A stretch of 42,982 nt of DNA from a virus: positions 1-42,982 of IMG/VR virus record IMGVR_UViG_3300038701_001030, one strand, 5' to 3'. Positions 8,440 to 16,754 of this stretch are shown piece by piece. A program made the translations under genes and the position numbers. Under the pieces are notes generated by a model. That model made no database searches. It saw only the letters and a list, made by a program, of their open reading frames with translations, and was not told the origin of the DNA. Positions within the stretch are counted from its first letter, which is position 1, and each line of letters opens with the position of its first letter.

Positions 8440-10106
8440 ATAAAACGGTAGTAGTCATAAAATTAAAACGCTGTACGCATACGTACGGCAGTGCGCCATG
8501 TACCGCGAGCGGTGCGGCCAACCTTAAATGCTACAACTGTTATAACACGTGCCAAGATAAACAAAACTTTGATAAATCAGACACGCACGATTTGATTTTC
8601 GTAGAAGGCGGTACGGGCACGAATGAATTCGCGGCGTACCCGCACATCGTGCGCGACTCGTTTCGCAGTAGTCCGCCGGAGCTTAAACCGTCGGGTTTAG
8701 CGTTGCGCGACACGGCATCGATTACTATAGCCGACTTCCGAGACGACGACCGAGGATTAGACGACTATCGGGGCGACCGAGACGCGGGCATTTTCAACCG
8801 TGGGACGTTCTTTCAGCGACTAACTAACCGTTATAGGTACGAGCTTATAAACGCCGAAGTGCACGTGTACGAGGGCGACATAACAACCGAGGCCGATTTA
8901 ACAAACGAACCCAAATTAATCTACTTGTTAAAATCTTGGAAAATGCGCGACGGTGAGATCACGATAAAACTTGCCGACCCAACAAGCCTAATCAATAAGT
9001 CTAAAACGAAAGTAGTCCCACAAACCAAGTTTAAATTGGCACAGGACTACCCCGCAGGAATTACAGGCCATATATACCTAGACCCAATCGAAGACGTACC
9101 GACCATTGACGACTTCGGCGGCACCCACCTGCGCATTAACGACGAGATTATGTTTTTCGCAACGCAAGAGGGTAGCGGCGACCGGCGCCTGGTCGGCGTT
9201 TCTCGTGCTAAATTCGGCACGGCGGAAGCCGACCACAAAGCCGGCGATAGTGTTACATTCTGCCGCGTTTTCGATGAGAGTATCACGAGTTTAAAAGACT
9301 ACATTTTGAATCTAGTGAAAGTGAAAGTGCCGGTGGAGTACATCGACACAACGCAGATAGACACCCAGTTCACCGGCTTGTATTCTGAAATTACGGTGCG
9401 AGACATCCGATCGGACGACGACGAAGAACTACAAGATTTAATAGACGAAGTATGCGCCGTTTATCGCGTTCAGATATTTTGGAATCGTATTGTGGGCAAG
9501 GTACAAATGCGGACATTCCAAGCCGAAAACATAACGTCACAATACACGTTTGACGACTTCAACATCGATGAGAAAAGCCTGACGTATCACTTAAACGATG
9601 AGTATCGCGTCTCACAAACCGCTATCTATCACGAGTTTTTAGACTACTCCGAAGACTCCGACGAGGTCACGAACTACGCCAACGTTAACGGGCGCGTTGA
9701 TCTGGAAGCGCAGGGCGGCGACATGTACCAGGAACCGAAAACCAAGGTGATGTACGGTCGTTTTATTCCGCAATCGGAATCTAGTGTTGTTCCTGCACTA
9801 CTGAGCCGGCTAGCTACAGCATTTAGAGATTCACTTTTAGAGGTATCATTCACCACGCCACTAAGCCATGTCGAAGGCCGTGCACTAGGCGACTTTGTCA
9901 CACTAAGCTGCGACGCGTTCCCAGACGAGCACGGCTACACGCGCGAGATTCAAATGCAAATACTTTCTATTAAACAGGACTTTGGTAAAGGAAAGGCGGC
10001 GGTGCGATTGCTAGAAAATGCGCTCGATAATATCAACTATGCGACCCTCGGCACGATGCAGATCGGCAATACCGGCACGGGCGTTAACACGGCGGTAATG
10101 TTCTAA
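8436..10106 (+). CDS. Tail tip/hub protein with an N-terminal Cys cluster
   Basis: The ATG at 8436 overlaps the previous stop (ATGA); the track's GTG at 8424 is an alternative start. The CTHTYGSAPC...CYNCYNTCQDKQNF motif resembles the lambda gpL C-terminal Cys motif. Confidence 0.55.
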   Translation: MNKTVVVIKLKRCTHTYGSAPCTASGAANLKCYNCYNTCQDKQNFDKSDTHDLIFVEGGTGTNEFAAYPHIVRDSFRSSPPELKPSGLALRDTASITIADFRDDDRGLDDYRGDRDAGIFNRGTFFQRLTNRYRYELINAEVHVYEGDITTEADLTNEPKLIYLLKSWKMRDGEITIKLADPTSLINKSKTKVVPQTKFKLAQDYPAGITGHIYLDPIEDVPTIDDFGGTHLRINDEIMFFATQEGSGDRRLVGVSRAKFGTAEADHKAGDSVTFCRVFDESITSLKDYILNLVKVKVPVEYIDTTQIDTQFTGLYSEITVRDIRSDDDEELQDLIDEVCAVYRVQIFWNRIVGKVQMRTFQAENITSQYTFDDFNIDEKSLTYHLNDEYRVSQTAIYHEFLDYSEDSDEVTNYANVNGRVDLEAQGGDMYQEPKTKVMYGRFIPQSESSVVPALLSRLATAFRDSLLEVSFTTPLSHVEGRALGDFVTLSCDAFPDEHGYTREIQMQILSIKQDFGKGKAAVRLLENALDNINYATLGTMQIGNTGTGVNTAVMF

Positions 10107-10675
10107 TGACTTATACGATAATACCTGACGCAGACCTAGAGACTAACGACGTATTCGACCAAACTTTAGCGCGTGCACTGCGTGACAATCAAGTCGCACT
10201 AGCAGAAGGTGACGCAACTGTCCCCGACGCCGACAAGCTACAGCCGCGCGCGTTCCGCGATAGTGTGGCGGGCGATTGGGTCGTTTTCGATCACACACAA
10301 GGCGAGTCGATGGGGACAAGTTACGCGAAAGCGTTCGCATCTGTAATCCCCCACGCGGGCGCGGTACGTGCTAAGGCTACGATTGCCCCAACCGCTTACA
10401 ACGCGTTATCGGGCCCGACTACTTTATACATTCAGCTTTATAAGTACAGCGCGGCGACCACGCTTACCACCGGGATAGGCACCGAACACGCCTATACGTT
10501 CAACCCCGCCGGCGGCGACATAACCACGAGTTTTGAGCAGGACTTAACACTGGAAGCGGGCGACCGGTTAGAAGTACACGCTAAGGTGGGTAATACTGCC
10601 GTGGTTTCTGTTGCCGACGTGGGCTTATTAATAAAAGTGGGCGTGCCTATCTGCTACGCCTACGAGGACGCATAA
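10106..10675 (+). CDS. Tail-tip accessory protein, paralog A
   Basis: 189 aa, TAATG-coupled. Shares N- and C-terminal motifs with the next ORF. Confidence 0.6.
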   Translation: MTYTIIPDADLETNDVFDQTLARALRDNQVALAEGDATVPDADKLQPRAFRDSVAGDWVVFDHTQGESMGTSYAKAFASVIPHAGAVRAKATIAPTAYNALSGPTTLYIQLYKYSAATTLTTGIGTEHAYTFNPAGGDITTSFEQDLTLEAGDRLEVHAKVGNTAVVSVADVGLLIKVGVPICYAYEDA

Positions 10676-10677
10676 CT

Positions 10678-11247
10678 GTGGGGTTTAAAACACTAACCGA
10701 TGCGAATTTAACCGACGGGCAGTTAATGACCGTGATACGGGTCGCGCAAATGCGGGACAATTTAAAAAGTCAGTTTCGGGGCGTAATAACGGTACCGAAT
10801 AGCTACCGATTTACTGACGAGAGTTTACAAGACGCCACCGCGTTAGCTGCAGGCCGTGCGCTAGAATTCGACCGAACTATCAACATACTCGACGGCGTCA
10901 GCACGTCCGAGCAAACGTTTATGACTGTGCGGGTGCCGAACTATGGAGACCACCGCGCAGAATTAACCGTGGCGTATACGATTAAGGCCGCGGCTAGCGG
11001 TGGGTCAGACACCACGCTGACATTGAAAACCTTCCACAAAAACAGTATTGCACTTTCCAATAGTCATAATATGGCCGTGGAGACGTCCGGCGAGCATAGT
11101 CTCACTAACACTTTATCGTTCAGCGGTGGCGATGATAAAACCATCGATTTTAGGGCGCACGTGTCGAACGTTTCGGCTATTAGTTCCCTAACGCTAACCG
11201 CGAAGTTAGGGCGGGCGACGCCGTTCGAATATGGTATCGAATTCTAA
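10678..11247 (+). CDS. Tail-tip accessory protein, paralog B
   Basis: 189 aa with a GTG start. Compare DANLTDGQ...VAQMRDNLKSQF with DADLETND...LARALRDNQVAL in paralog A. Confidence 0.55.
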   Translation: MGFKTLTDANLTDGQLMTVIRVAQMRDNLKSQFRGVITVPNSYRFTDESLQDATALAAGRALEFDRTINILDGVSTSEQTFMTVRVPNYGDHRAELTVAYTIKAAASGGSDTTLTLKTFHKNSIALSNSHNMAVETSGEHSLTNTLSFSGGDDKTIDFRAHVSNVSAISSLTLTAKLGRATPFEYGIEF

Positions 11248-11642
11248 TCGGGCTTGTACCGTTCCATAGTTTCTTTTAATACGGATTCAAACACCGGCGG
11301 GAACGCCGAACCGTACTTAACAACGTATTGGCCGTGCGTCGCTGACATTACCACCTCGCATAACTCCCGCTTTTTGAATTCCAACATACACACATCGAAT
11401 TCCCTCGCGTAACTCTCATACCACCAGACTTTTTGCCAACATAAATCGTACTCGTTTTTACCCGTCATAAAGTGCACCGCGCCCGTATCACTGTGCTTAT
11501 TTAGGTATGTTTTTAGGCGTTGGTGTTCTTTTACACAGCTTTGAAAATCGGCGTTCACTTTCTCATTGTCGAGCGTGTCACCGGCAGAAAATGCGGGGGT
11601 AGCTAGTGCGACAAGGATCGCGGCGGTTGTTAATTTTAACAT
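11244..11642 (-). CDS. Secreted Cys-rich protein (moron candidate)
   Basis: 132 aa with a signal peptide (MLKLTTAAILVALATPAFSA) and 6 Cys. It is convergent with the tail operon, overlaps it by 4 nt, and lies next to the att/int region. Confidence 0.7.
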   Translation of the reverse strand: MLKLTTAAILVALATPAFSAGDTLDNEKVNADFQSCVKEHQRLKTYLNKHSDTGAVHFMTGKNEYDLCWQKVWWYESYAREFDVCMLEFKKRELCEVVMSATHGQYVVKYGSAFPPVFESVLKETMERYKPD

Positions 11643-11883
11643 GTCTATTTTTCCTTTAATTCACATAAAAGTGCGTTTTAACTATTTGTTTTTATTGTTC
11701 CGAAAACGCCGAAAATCGCGTTTTTTCAGCTAGTGCAATACGAGATAAAAGCTATAATATTCAATATATTACGCAGTTTTGCGAGAATACATAATAATAA
11801 CTACGGCTATAAAATAATACTTTCTAATTCAGTGCGTTACAAGTATTCACATAAAAAACACATAAAAAACACATAAAACAAAA
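11643..11883. other. AT-rich non-coding region; candidate attP with arm-type repeats
   Basis: A 241-bp ORF-free AT-rich stretch directly downstream of int. TTCACATAAAA and GTGCGTT motifs are repeated at both ends. Confidence 0.45.
11848..11880. repeat. Three tandem 11-bp repeats (CACATAAAAAA x2, CACATAAAACA)
   Basis: Copies at 11848-11858, 11859-11869 and 11870-11880, abutting the int stop codon. A fourth copy (tcacataaaag) lies at 11661-11671. Confidence 0.9.
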
Positions 11884-12996
11884 TCACGGCTTTTCAGCCG
11901 GAAGCACTAGCCCTGCGCTCGTTTCCGTCCATTCTATGTGGCCTTTTCGGTATATGTCTGTCGTGGTGCCAACTGCATGCCCTGCTAGTTTCTGCGCGTC
12001 GATCCCTTGGAGTTCGTATAGGTGGATGGCTAGCGCGCGAATCTCGTAGAACGTTGGTTTCTGGTTTCGGCTTAACTTATCGAATAGCCCTGTGTGCTCC
12101 CGCGCTCGCCTGAAATATGTTTCCAAAATATCAATGGTAATCATTGTCCAGTGTTCGAGGCGTTTAGCTAAGTGGACGCGAACGGGGCGGCGGTGGAGCA
12201 AGAACGGTGACGCAATGCCGTCATTGCAGTTTTTTATGACTCGCGCCAGTGGCGGTTCTATCTTAATTTTTAAATGGGCACTCTCGCCGTGCTTCTCCGT
12301 TTTTTGCTGTATCAAGTATAGATAGCCGTCTTTTATATCTCGTCGGGGTTGAATCTTCAGTAAGTCGCTTGGCCGCTGCGTGGTCTGCAATGCTAAATCC
12401 ATTGCGTTAACTAACCACGCATAGCCCAGCTCGGTAGCCGCGCCGCGTATAGCGTTGAACTGTTCTAAACTCAGGCGTGACCGTTGCCTCACCACTTTTT
12501 TCTGTATCGTTTTCGCAGGTAAATTGTCGTTGGTTAATCCCCTGGCTATGGCTTCCTTCCACATATCCACCATAAGCCCGCGCGTCGCACGACGAAGTGC
12601 GGCGGGCATCGTGTCGAGGTACGCGGCGACGTCTTTTAGTGTGATCGTTTCAAGCGAGAGTTCGCCGAGTCTCCGGCGTATGCCGTTGGTGCGCGTGAGA
12701 TATGATTTAACGGTGTTTTCGGCGAGTTCCCGCTCCGGTACTACTTCCGACATGAACAAGTCACACAGTTTATTTATCGTGTAGCCTTGTATTCCTAGCA
12801 CGCGTTCTACGACGTCGTCGCGTCCGATTAACTGGGCGTTTAACTCGATGGCGGCATCGATGGCAACCGATTTACTTTTAGATAGTCGGTGCGGTTTGCC
12901 GGTAATAGGGTGCTTGTACCAGTACCATCGCACCCTATCATCATAGTGCAGATGCTTAGGCCAATGGGCGCGGCTTGGTTTGCGTGGCCTACCCAT
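11884..12996 (-). CDS. int: Tyrosine integrase (lambda Int-like)
   Basis: 370 aa. N-terminal arm-binding-like sequence (LHYDDRVRWYWYKHPITGKPHRL) and a C-terminal LAGHAVGTTTDIYRKG segment with the catalytic Tyr. Confidence 0.9.
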   Translation of the reverse strand: MGRPRKPSRAHWPKHLHYDDRVRWYWYKHPITGKPHRLSKSKSVAIDAAIELNAQLIGRDDVVERVLGIQGYTINKLCDLFMSEVVPERELAENTVKSYLTRTNGIRRRLGELSLETITLKDVAAYLDTMPAALRRATRGLMVDMWKEAIARGLTNDNLPAKTIQKKVVRQRSRLSLEQFNAIRGAATELGYAWLVNAMDLALQTTQRPSDLLKIQPRRDIKDGYLYLIQQKTEKHGESAHLKIKIEPPLARVIKNCNDGIASPFLLHRRPVRVHLAKRLEHWTMITIDILETYFRRAREHTGLFDKLSRNQKPTFYEIRALAIHLYELQGIDAQKLAGHAVGTTTDIYRKGHIEWTETSAGLVLPAEKP

Positions 12997-13198
12997 TTTC
13001 TAGTATTTTATTCGCAATCGCGAGGCCTTCGCGGTTCTCGTCGTCCGGTAGTGGGTGGTTTTCGTCCATGTATATGCGCCCGTTTATGATACGAGCGCGA
13101 ATTATGCGGCGCTCGTGCCACTCCCGCAACGTCTTTGGTGTTAGACCACCCTTAAACCACTTACGCGACCATTCGCGGCCTGTGACTAATGAACCCAT
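12989..13198 (-). CDS. xis: Excisionase (Xis-like)
   Basis: 69 aa overlapping the int start by 8 nt. The TGREWSRKWF...TLREWHERRII...INGRIYMDEN pattern resembles lambda Xis-type winged-helix excisionases. Confidence 0.6.
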   Translation of the reverse strand: MGSLVTGREWSRKWFKGGLTPKTLREWHERRIIRARIINGRIYMDENHPLPDDENREGLAIANKILENG

Positions 13199-13238
13199 TG
13201 TATCGACTCCATATTTAAATTAATTACGTGCGGCAGTT

Positions 13239-13850
13239 TCAACCGTGAGCCGCTTTAATATAGTTACTCTCAAACACTGCACGGGCGAACCCTTCGGGGG
13301 TCGCGCTCCGGAGGTTTGCGCGCTCCGCGCTCGGAGGTAGTTTGTGCATTTTGCTACCCTCGGTAGCTGGAACGGGCTTTTTATCCTGCATAACGAACCC
13401 GCCGCCCGTCCAAAGGCATGTTTTTTTAGTGTAAGGGTCTCCGTAGTCACAGGGATCGAATGTATAATTAGGCTTACGCCAGTAGCTAGATATAGTAGAG
13501 ACGGGGTTCTCTATGTAGTAAGGACATTCGAGGCTTTCGGCTATCTCAACCGAACGGGCAAACAGTCCGATGGCTTTACTAAGTCGGCGCAAGCCTTTGT
13601 CTTTGAACCAACGGGCACCCGAGACCGCAACGTCGGTACACGGAGGGAAAAACGAAGCGAAAACGACACGGCCACGGGGTGGCACCCAATGGTCAACATC
13701 CGCTCCAACTCGCACTATATTACCCTCGCGGCGTTCGCCTGTCGGGTGTTGTGTGTCGACGCAGTAACACAAAAAACCAGCGTCGGCCCATGGTTTTACG
13801 GCTGCGGTCGTGTAGTCGAATATACTTAATACTATTAATTGTTCAGCCAT
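13239..13850 (-). CDS. Compact C5-cytosine-methyltransferase-like protein (atypical)
   Basis: 203 aa. It has a PPC motif (FFPPCTDVAVSG) and an ENV-like motif (YYIENPVST). The motif I position reads VLSIFDYTTA and lacks the FxGxG glycines. It is too short for a target-recognition domain plus motifs IX/X. Confidence 0.5.
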   Translation of the reverse strand: MAEQLIVLSIFDYTTAAVKPWADAGFLCYCVDTQHPTGERREGNIVRVGADVDHWVPPRGRVVFASFFPPCTDVAVSGARWFKDKGLRRLSKAIGLFARSVEIAESLECPYYIENPVSTISSYWRKPNYTFDPCDYGDPYTKKTCLWTGGGFVMQDKKPVPATEGSKMHKLPPSAERANLRSATPEGFARAVFESNYIKAAHG

Positions 13851-14235
13851 TTAGGTCACCGAACCCACGCAACGCGACCACTTGAACGACTCGGCGGCAC
13901 GTCTCAACGTCAAACATACCGATATGACATCGTGCGGCGGGTATGCCGAGCGCGTCGGCTAGCCACTCGTACGCCTGCGCGCGGTTCATGTCGCCGTCTT
14001 TCCAAAGTGGGTCAAACGCCGCGTGTGCTTTCATTTTCGCTTTGCGTAGTTCCGCGTTAGCAAGCCGCCCGAGTGGGTGCCGTGTGCCTTTATGGACACC
14101 GACCCATGCCTTGCACGGCTTGCAATAGTAAATGTTGCCGTAGCTGCGGCCACTGTAAACGACGGCCGAGTCAGTAAAAACGGCGCGTCGGTTACAGTAG
14201 TCGCAGTGTACGACTGGGTTCGTCTTATTTCGCAT
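13843..14235 (-). CDS. Zinc-ribbon protein (DUF3268-like)
   Basis: 130 aa with CDYC...CKPC followed by VGVHKGTRHPLGRLANAELRKAKMKAHAAFDPLW...AYEWLA..HIGMFD, a pattern common in phage zinc-finger proteins. Confidence 0.55.
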   Translation of the reverse strand: MRNKTNPVVHCDYCNRRAVFTDSAVVYSGRSYGNIYYCKPCKAWVGVHKGTRHPLGRLANAELRKAKMKAHAAFDPLWKDGDMNRAQAYEWLADALGIPAARCHIGMFDVETCRRVVQVVALRGFGDLNG

Positions 14236-14626
14236 CGGGCACCGGCACCGCGCGCATGAATGTACGCACCGGATTGGCGAACGACTCGACCGCGCTTACT
14301 ACGCCGTGGATTAAATTCACTTCGGCTTTGTAAACTTCTTCTAGGTCGTCGTAGTCGAGGATACGCGGGTCGAGTTTAGCTTTAGGTTCGTATTCCTCGC
14401 CCCACTGCCATTCCTTACGCATCATCGTTGCGACCCAAGCGGAGTGCATGTATTCAACGCCGCTAAACTGCGCTAGTCCGCTTGACGCCATTTCTAGCAT
14501 ACGATCCCGTTCGAGCTGGGTCGTTTTCTCCCAGTCTTTAATATCACAAACGCCTTGGGACTCCCAGAACGATTTGACCGCTTGATGTGCGACGCGTGCC
14601 GCTGCTACTGTGCTAAGATTTGCCAT
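14225..14626 (-). CDS. Hypothetical protein, possible RyR-domain-like
   Basis: 133 aa. The HSAWVATMMRKEWQWGEEYEPKAKLDPRILDYDDLEE segment resembles the RyR-domain signature. The function call is weak. Confidence 0.35.
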   Translation of the reverse strand: MANLSTVAAARVAHQAVKSFWESQGVCDIKDWEKTTQLERDRMLEMASSGLAQFSGVEYMHSAWVATMMRKEWQWGEEYEPKAKLDPRILDYDDLEEVYKAEVNLIHGVVSAVESFANPVRTFMRAVPVPDAK

Positions 14627-14888
14627 TTTGTGTTATCTCCTGTTTTAAAATTAAAATGTCTTCTTTTAGTTCCTGTATTCTAAGGTGTTGCAGTTCCGCG
14701 TACGTCTGTAGTGTTATAATGTCGCGGAACGCCGCATCAGACAGTAAGAACAACGCGCGGCCAACGCCCGAGCGGTGTATTTTGTTATCGGTCATTGTGT
14801 AATCTGCGTTAAGTAACTCGTGTGGCTCGTCTATCTTTTTATTTGTCATCGTTAGGTTTTTCATTAGTCGGGGTGCCTCGTGTTCCAT
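14613..14888 (-). CDS. Hypothetical early protein
   Basis: 91-aa ORF in the same orientation as its flanking early genes, with overlapping start and stop. Confidence 0.5.
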   Translation of the reverse strand: MEHEAPRLMKNLTMTNKKIDEPHELLNADYTMTDNKIHRSGVGRALFLLSDAAFRDIITLQTYAELQHLRIQELKEDILILKQEITQNGKS

Positions 14889-15091
14889 TCGTCCGCCGCC
14901 AGTTCTGCATCTACTGCCGTTACCTTTATGCAGTGGTTCCAGTTGTCACACCAAATGTTATAGTGTTGGTAGGGGTCTCCGTGCAGGCTACAGTACTGGA
15001 CTTTACCCAGACCACGGCGCGGCGGCTTCCCGCAGAGGGGGCACGGTTTTAAAACTAGTTTCTTATCCGGCGGTTCCATTAGTCGATCCAC
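14864..15091 (-). CDS. lar: Lar-family restriction-alleviation-like protein
   Basis: 75 aa with LKPCPLCG ... C..H ... AADEWNTR, the Lar family pattern (zinc ribbon plus WN.R). Confidence 0.55.
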   Translation of the reverse strand: MDRLMEPPDKKLVLKPCPLCGKPPRRGLGKVQYCSLHGDPYQHYNIWCDNWNHCIKVTAVDAELAADEWNTRHPD

Positions 15092-15363
15092 GGGGTGTTG
15101 TTAATTAGTGCTCGGGTGTATGAGGCTTCGAATTCTTGCACGTCAAAAATGTTTAACGTGAGCATATACCGCTTATGGCAATGCTCGGTGAAATATCGCA
15201 TAAACATATTCACCGTGTGCGCCTTAATCCGGCCAGATTCCGACCGGAGTCGTACCAGCTCATTTTCTAGTGCGCTTATCTCGGCTAAAAGCGCCTCTTT
15301 TTGCTCCCGCAATTCGCTAGCTTTAGTGCGTCGGTCTCGTGCCCACTGTCTTAGCTTGTTCAT
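15079..15363 (-). CDS. Hypothetical coiled-coil early protein
   Basis: 94 aa overlapping both neighbouring genes. Contains a helical ELREQKEALLAEISALENELVRLR segment. Confidence 0.5.
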   Translation of the reverse strand: MNKLRQWARDRRTKASELREQKEALLAEISALENELVRLRSESGRIKAHTVNMFMRYFTEHCHKRYMLTLNIFDVQEFEASYTRALINNTPWID

Positions 15364-16754
15364 TTTCCTAACTCCATTTTTAAGTAATCTAATAGTGCTT
15401 TTTGGTTTGCTTCCTTCGTCTCAAGCCTTTCTAGTATTGAATGGTCAATTGTTCCGGTCGCTACGATGTGATAAATGGTGACGCGTTGCGCTTGTCCGCT
15501 CCGGTGTAGTCGTTTGTTGAACTGTAAGTACTGCTCTAGTGACCACGTGAGCGAGAACCACACCGCGATGTTACCGCCTTTCTGTAAGTTCAAACCGTGG
15601 CCGGCACTGGCAGGGTGAACCAGTAACATGTCAATTTTTCGTTGGTTCCAACGGTCGACGAGTTTACCCACGCTTTTAGATTCTGAAAATACTCTAGCTT
15701 TTGGAAACGCCTTCTTAAGTCGTTCGAGGTCACTCTGGTATTGATAGGCTACTAAAATCGGCTGACCGGCCGACGCCTCGACCAGTTCCTTAAGTGCCTT
15801 AATTTTGGCATCGTGGAAAATTTCATAATTCTTCTCTTCGTCGTAGTAAATCGCGCCGTTAGCAAACTGTAATAGCTTGTTCGTGAGTATGGCGGCGGTG
15901 TCGGCTACGACTGCCGCGTCAGGGTCGTCTAGCCCTTCTAGTTCGAGTAGGTATTCTTTCTTGAGCTCTTTGTATTTCTCCGCCGCCTTGGTTCCCATGC
16001 CTACATTTATATTCTGATAAATACACTCGGGTAGGTCGATAAAATCCGCACTATCAAGCGACATGCAAAGATCACTAACTAATTCGTGTATTAGGTCGGG
16101 CATTTCGTTGCGTATTTTGTATTTATAGCCGGAGCGGTCAAGCTCAAAATACCGGCCTCGATATTGTTCTATCGTTTTTCCTAATCGCTCGCCTTGATCG
16201 AGCATGTATATCTGCGGCCATAACTCGATAAGCGAGTTAGGCGCGGGCGTACCGGATAGCAGTATCAATCTTTCAATGCAATGTAACCGCGACACCATAG
16301 CCCCGAATCGCGTGTATTTATTCATCGGCGTTTGCTCTTTGTGGCTTTTAAACATACTAGATTCGTCTATCACGACCATGTCATAAGGCCATGCGCCCGC
16401 TGGCCACTGATCGACTAACCACGGGAGTGCGTCGACGTTTATCACAGTTATTTGAGCGTTTCGATTAATCGCACTTATGCGCGCGGCTTGGTCGCCCACC
16501 GCGATAGAGAACGTTAAATCTCGGGTGTGTTGCCACTGCCGCGCCTCTGTGTGCCACACGGTTTCAGCAACGAGTTTAGGCGCTACGATTAACACCTTGG
16601 TCGTCTGAAACGTGTTAATAAGGTCGCGTATAACCGTAAGCGTGGTAACTGTCTTGCCTAAACCCATGTCGAAGAACAGAGCACATTTAGGCTTGGTAAA
16701 CGCCCAGTGGTGCCCCGCGTGCTGGTACGGTCTAAAGTCTTTACGCGATAACAT
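15360..16754 (-). CDS. SNF2-family (DEAD-like) helicase
   Basis: 464 aa with Walker A (DMGLGKTV), DExx (VVIDESS) and the C-terminal helicase motif GHGLNLQ. Confidence 0.85.
   Translation of the reverse strand: MLSRKDFRPYQHAGHHWAFTKPKCALFFDMGLGKTVTTLTVIRDLINTFQTTKVLIVAPKLVAETVWHTEARQWQHTRDLTFSIAVGDQAARISAINRNAQITVINVDALPWLVDQWPAGAWPYDMVVIDESSMFKSHKEQTPMNKYTRFGAMVSRLHCIERLILLSGTPAPNSLIELWPQIYMLDQGERLGKTIEQYRGRYFELDRSGYKYKIRNEMPDLIHELVSDLCMSLDSADFIDLPECIYQNINVGMGTKAAEKYKELKKEYLLELEGLDDPDAAVVADTAAILTNKLLQFANGAIYYDEEKNYEIFHDAKIKALKELVEASAGQPILVAYQYQSDLERLKKAFPKARVFSESKSVGKLVDRWNQRKIDMLLVHPASAGHGLNLQKGGNIAVWFSLTWSLEQYLQFNKRLHRSGQAQRVTIYHIVATGTIDHSILERLETKEANQKALLDYLKMELGK

Noticed and set aside
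10106-11247. A diversity-generating retroelement acting on the duplicated tail genes.
   Set aside because: No reverse transcriptase gene occurs anywhere in the genome, and there is no near-identical template/variable DNA repeat pair. The paralogs are diverged throughout.
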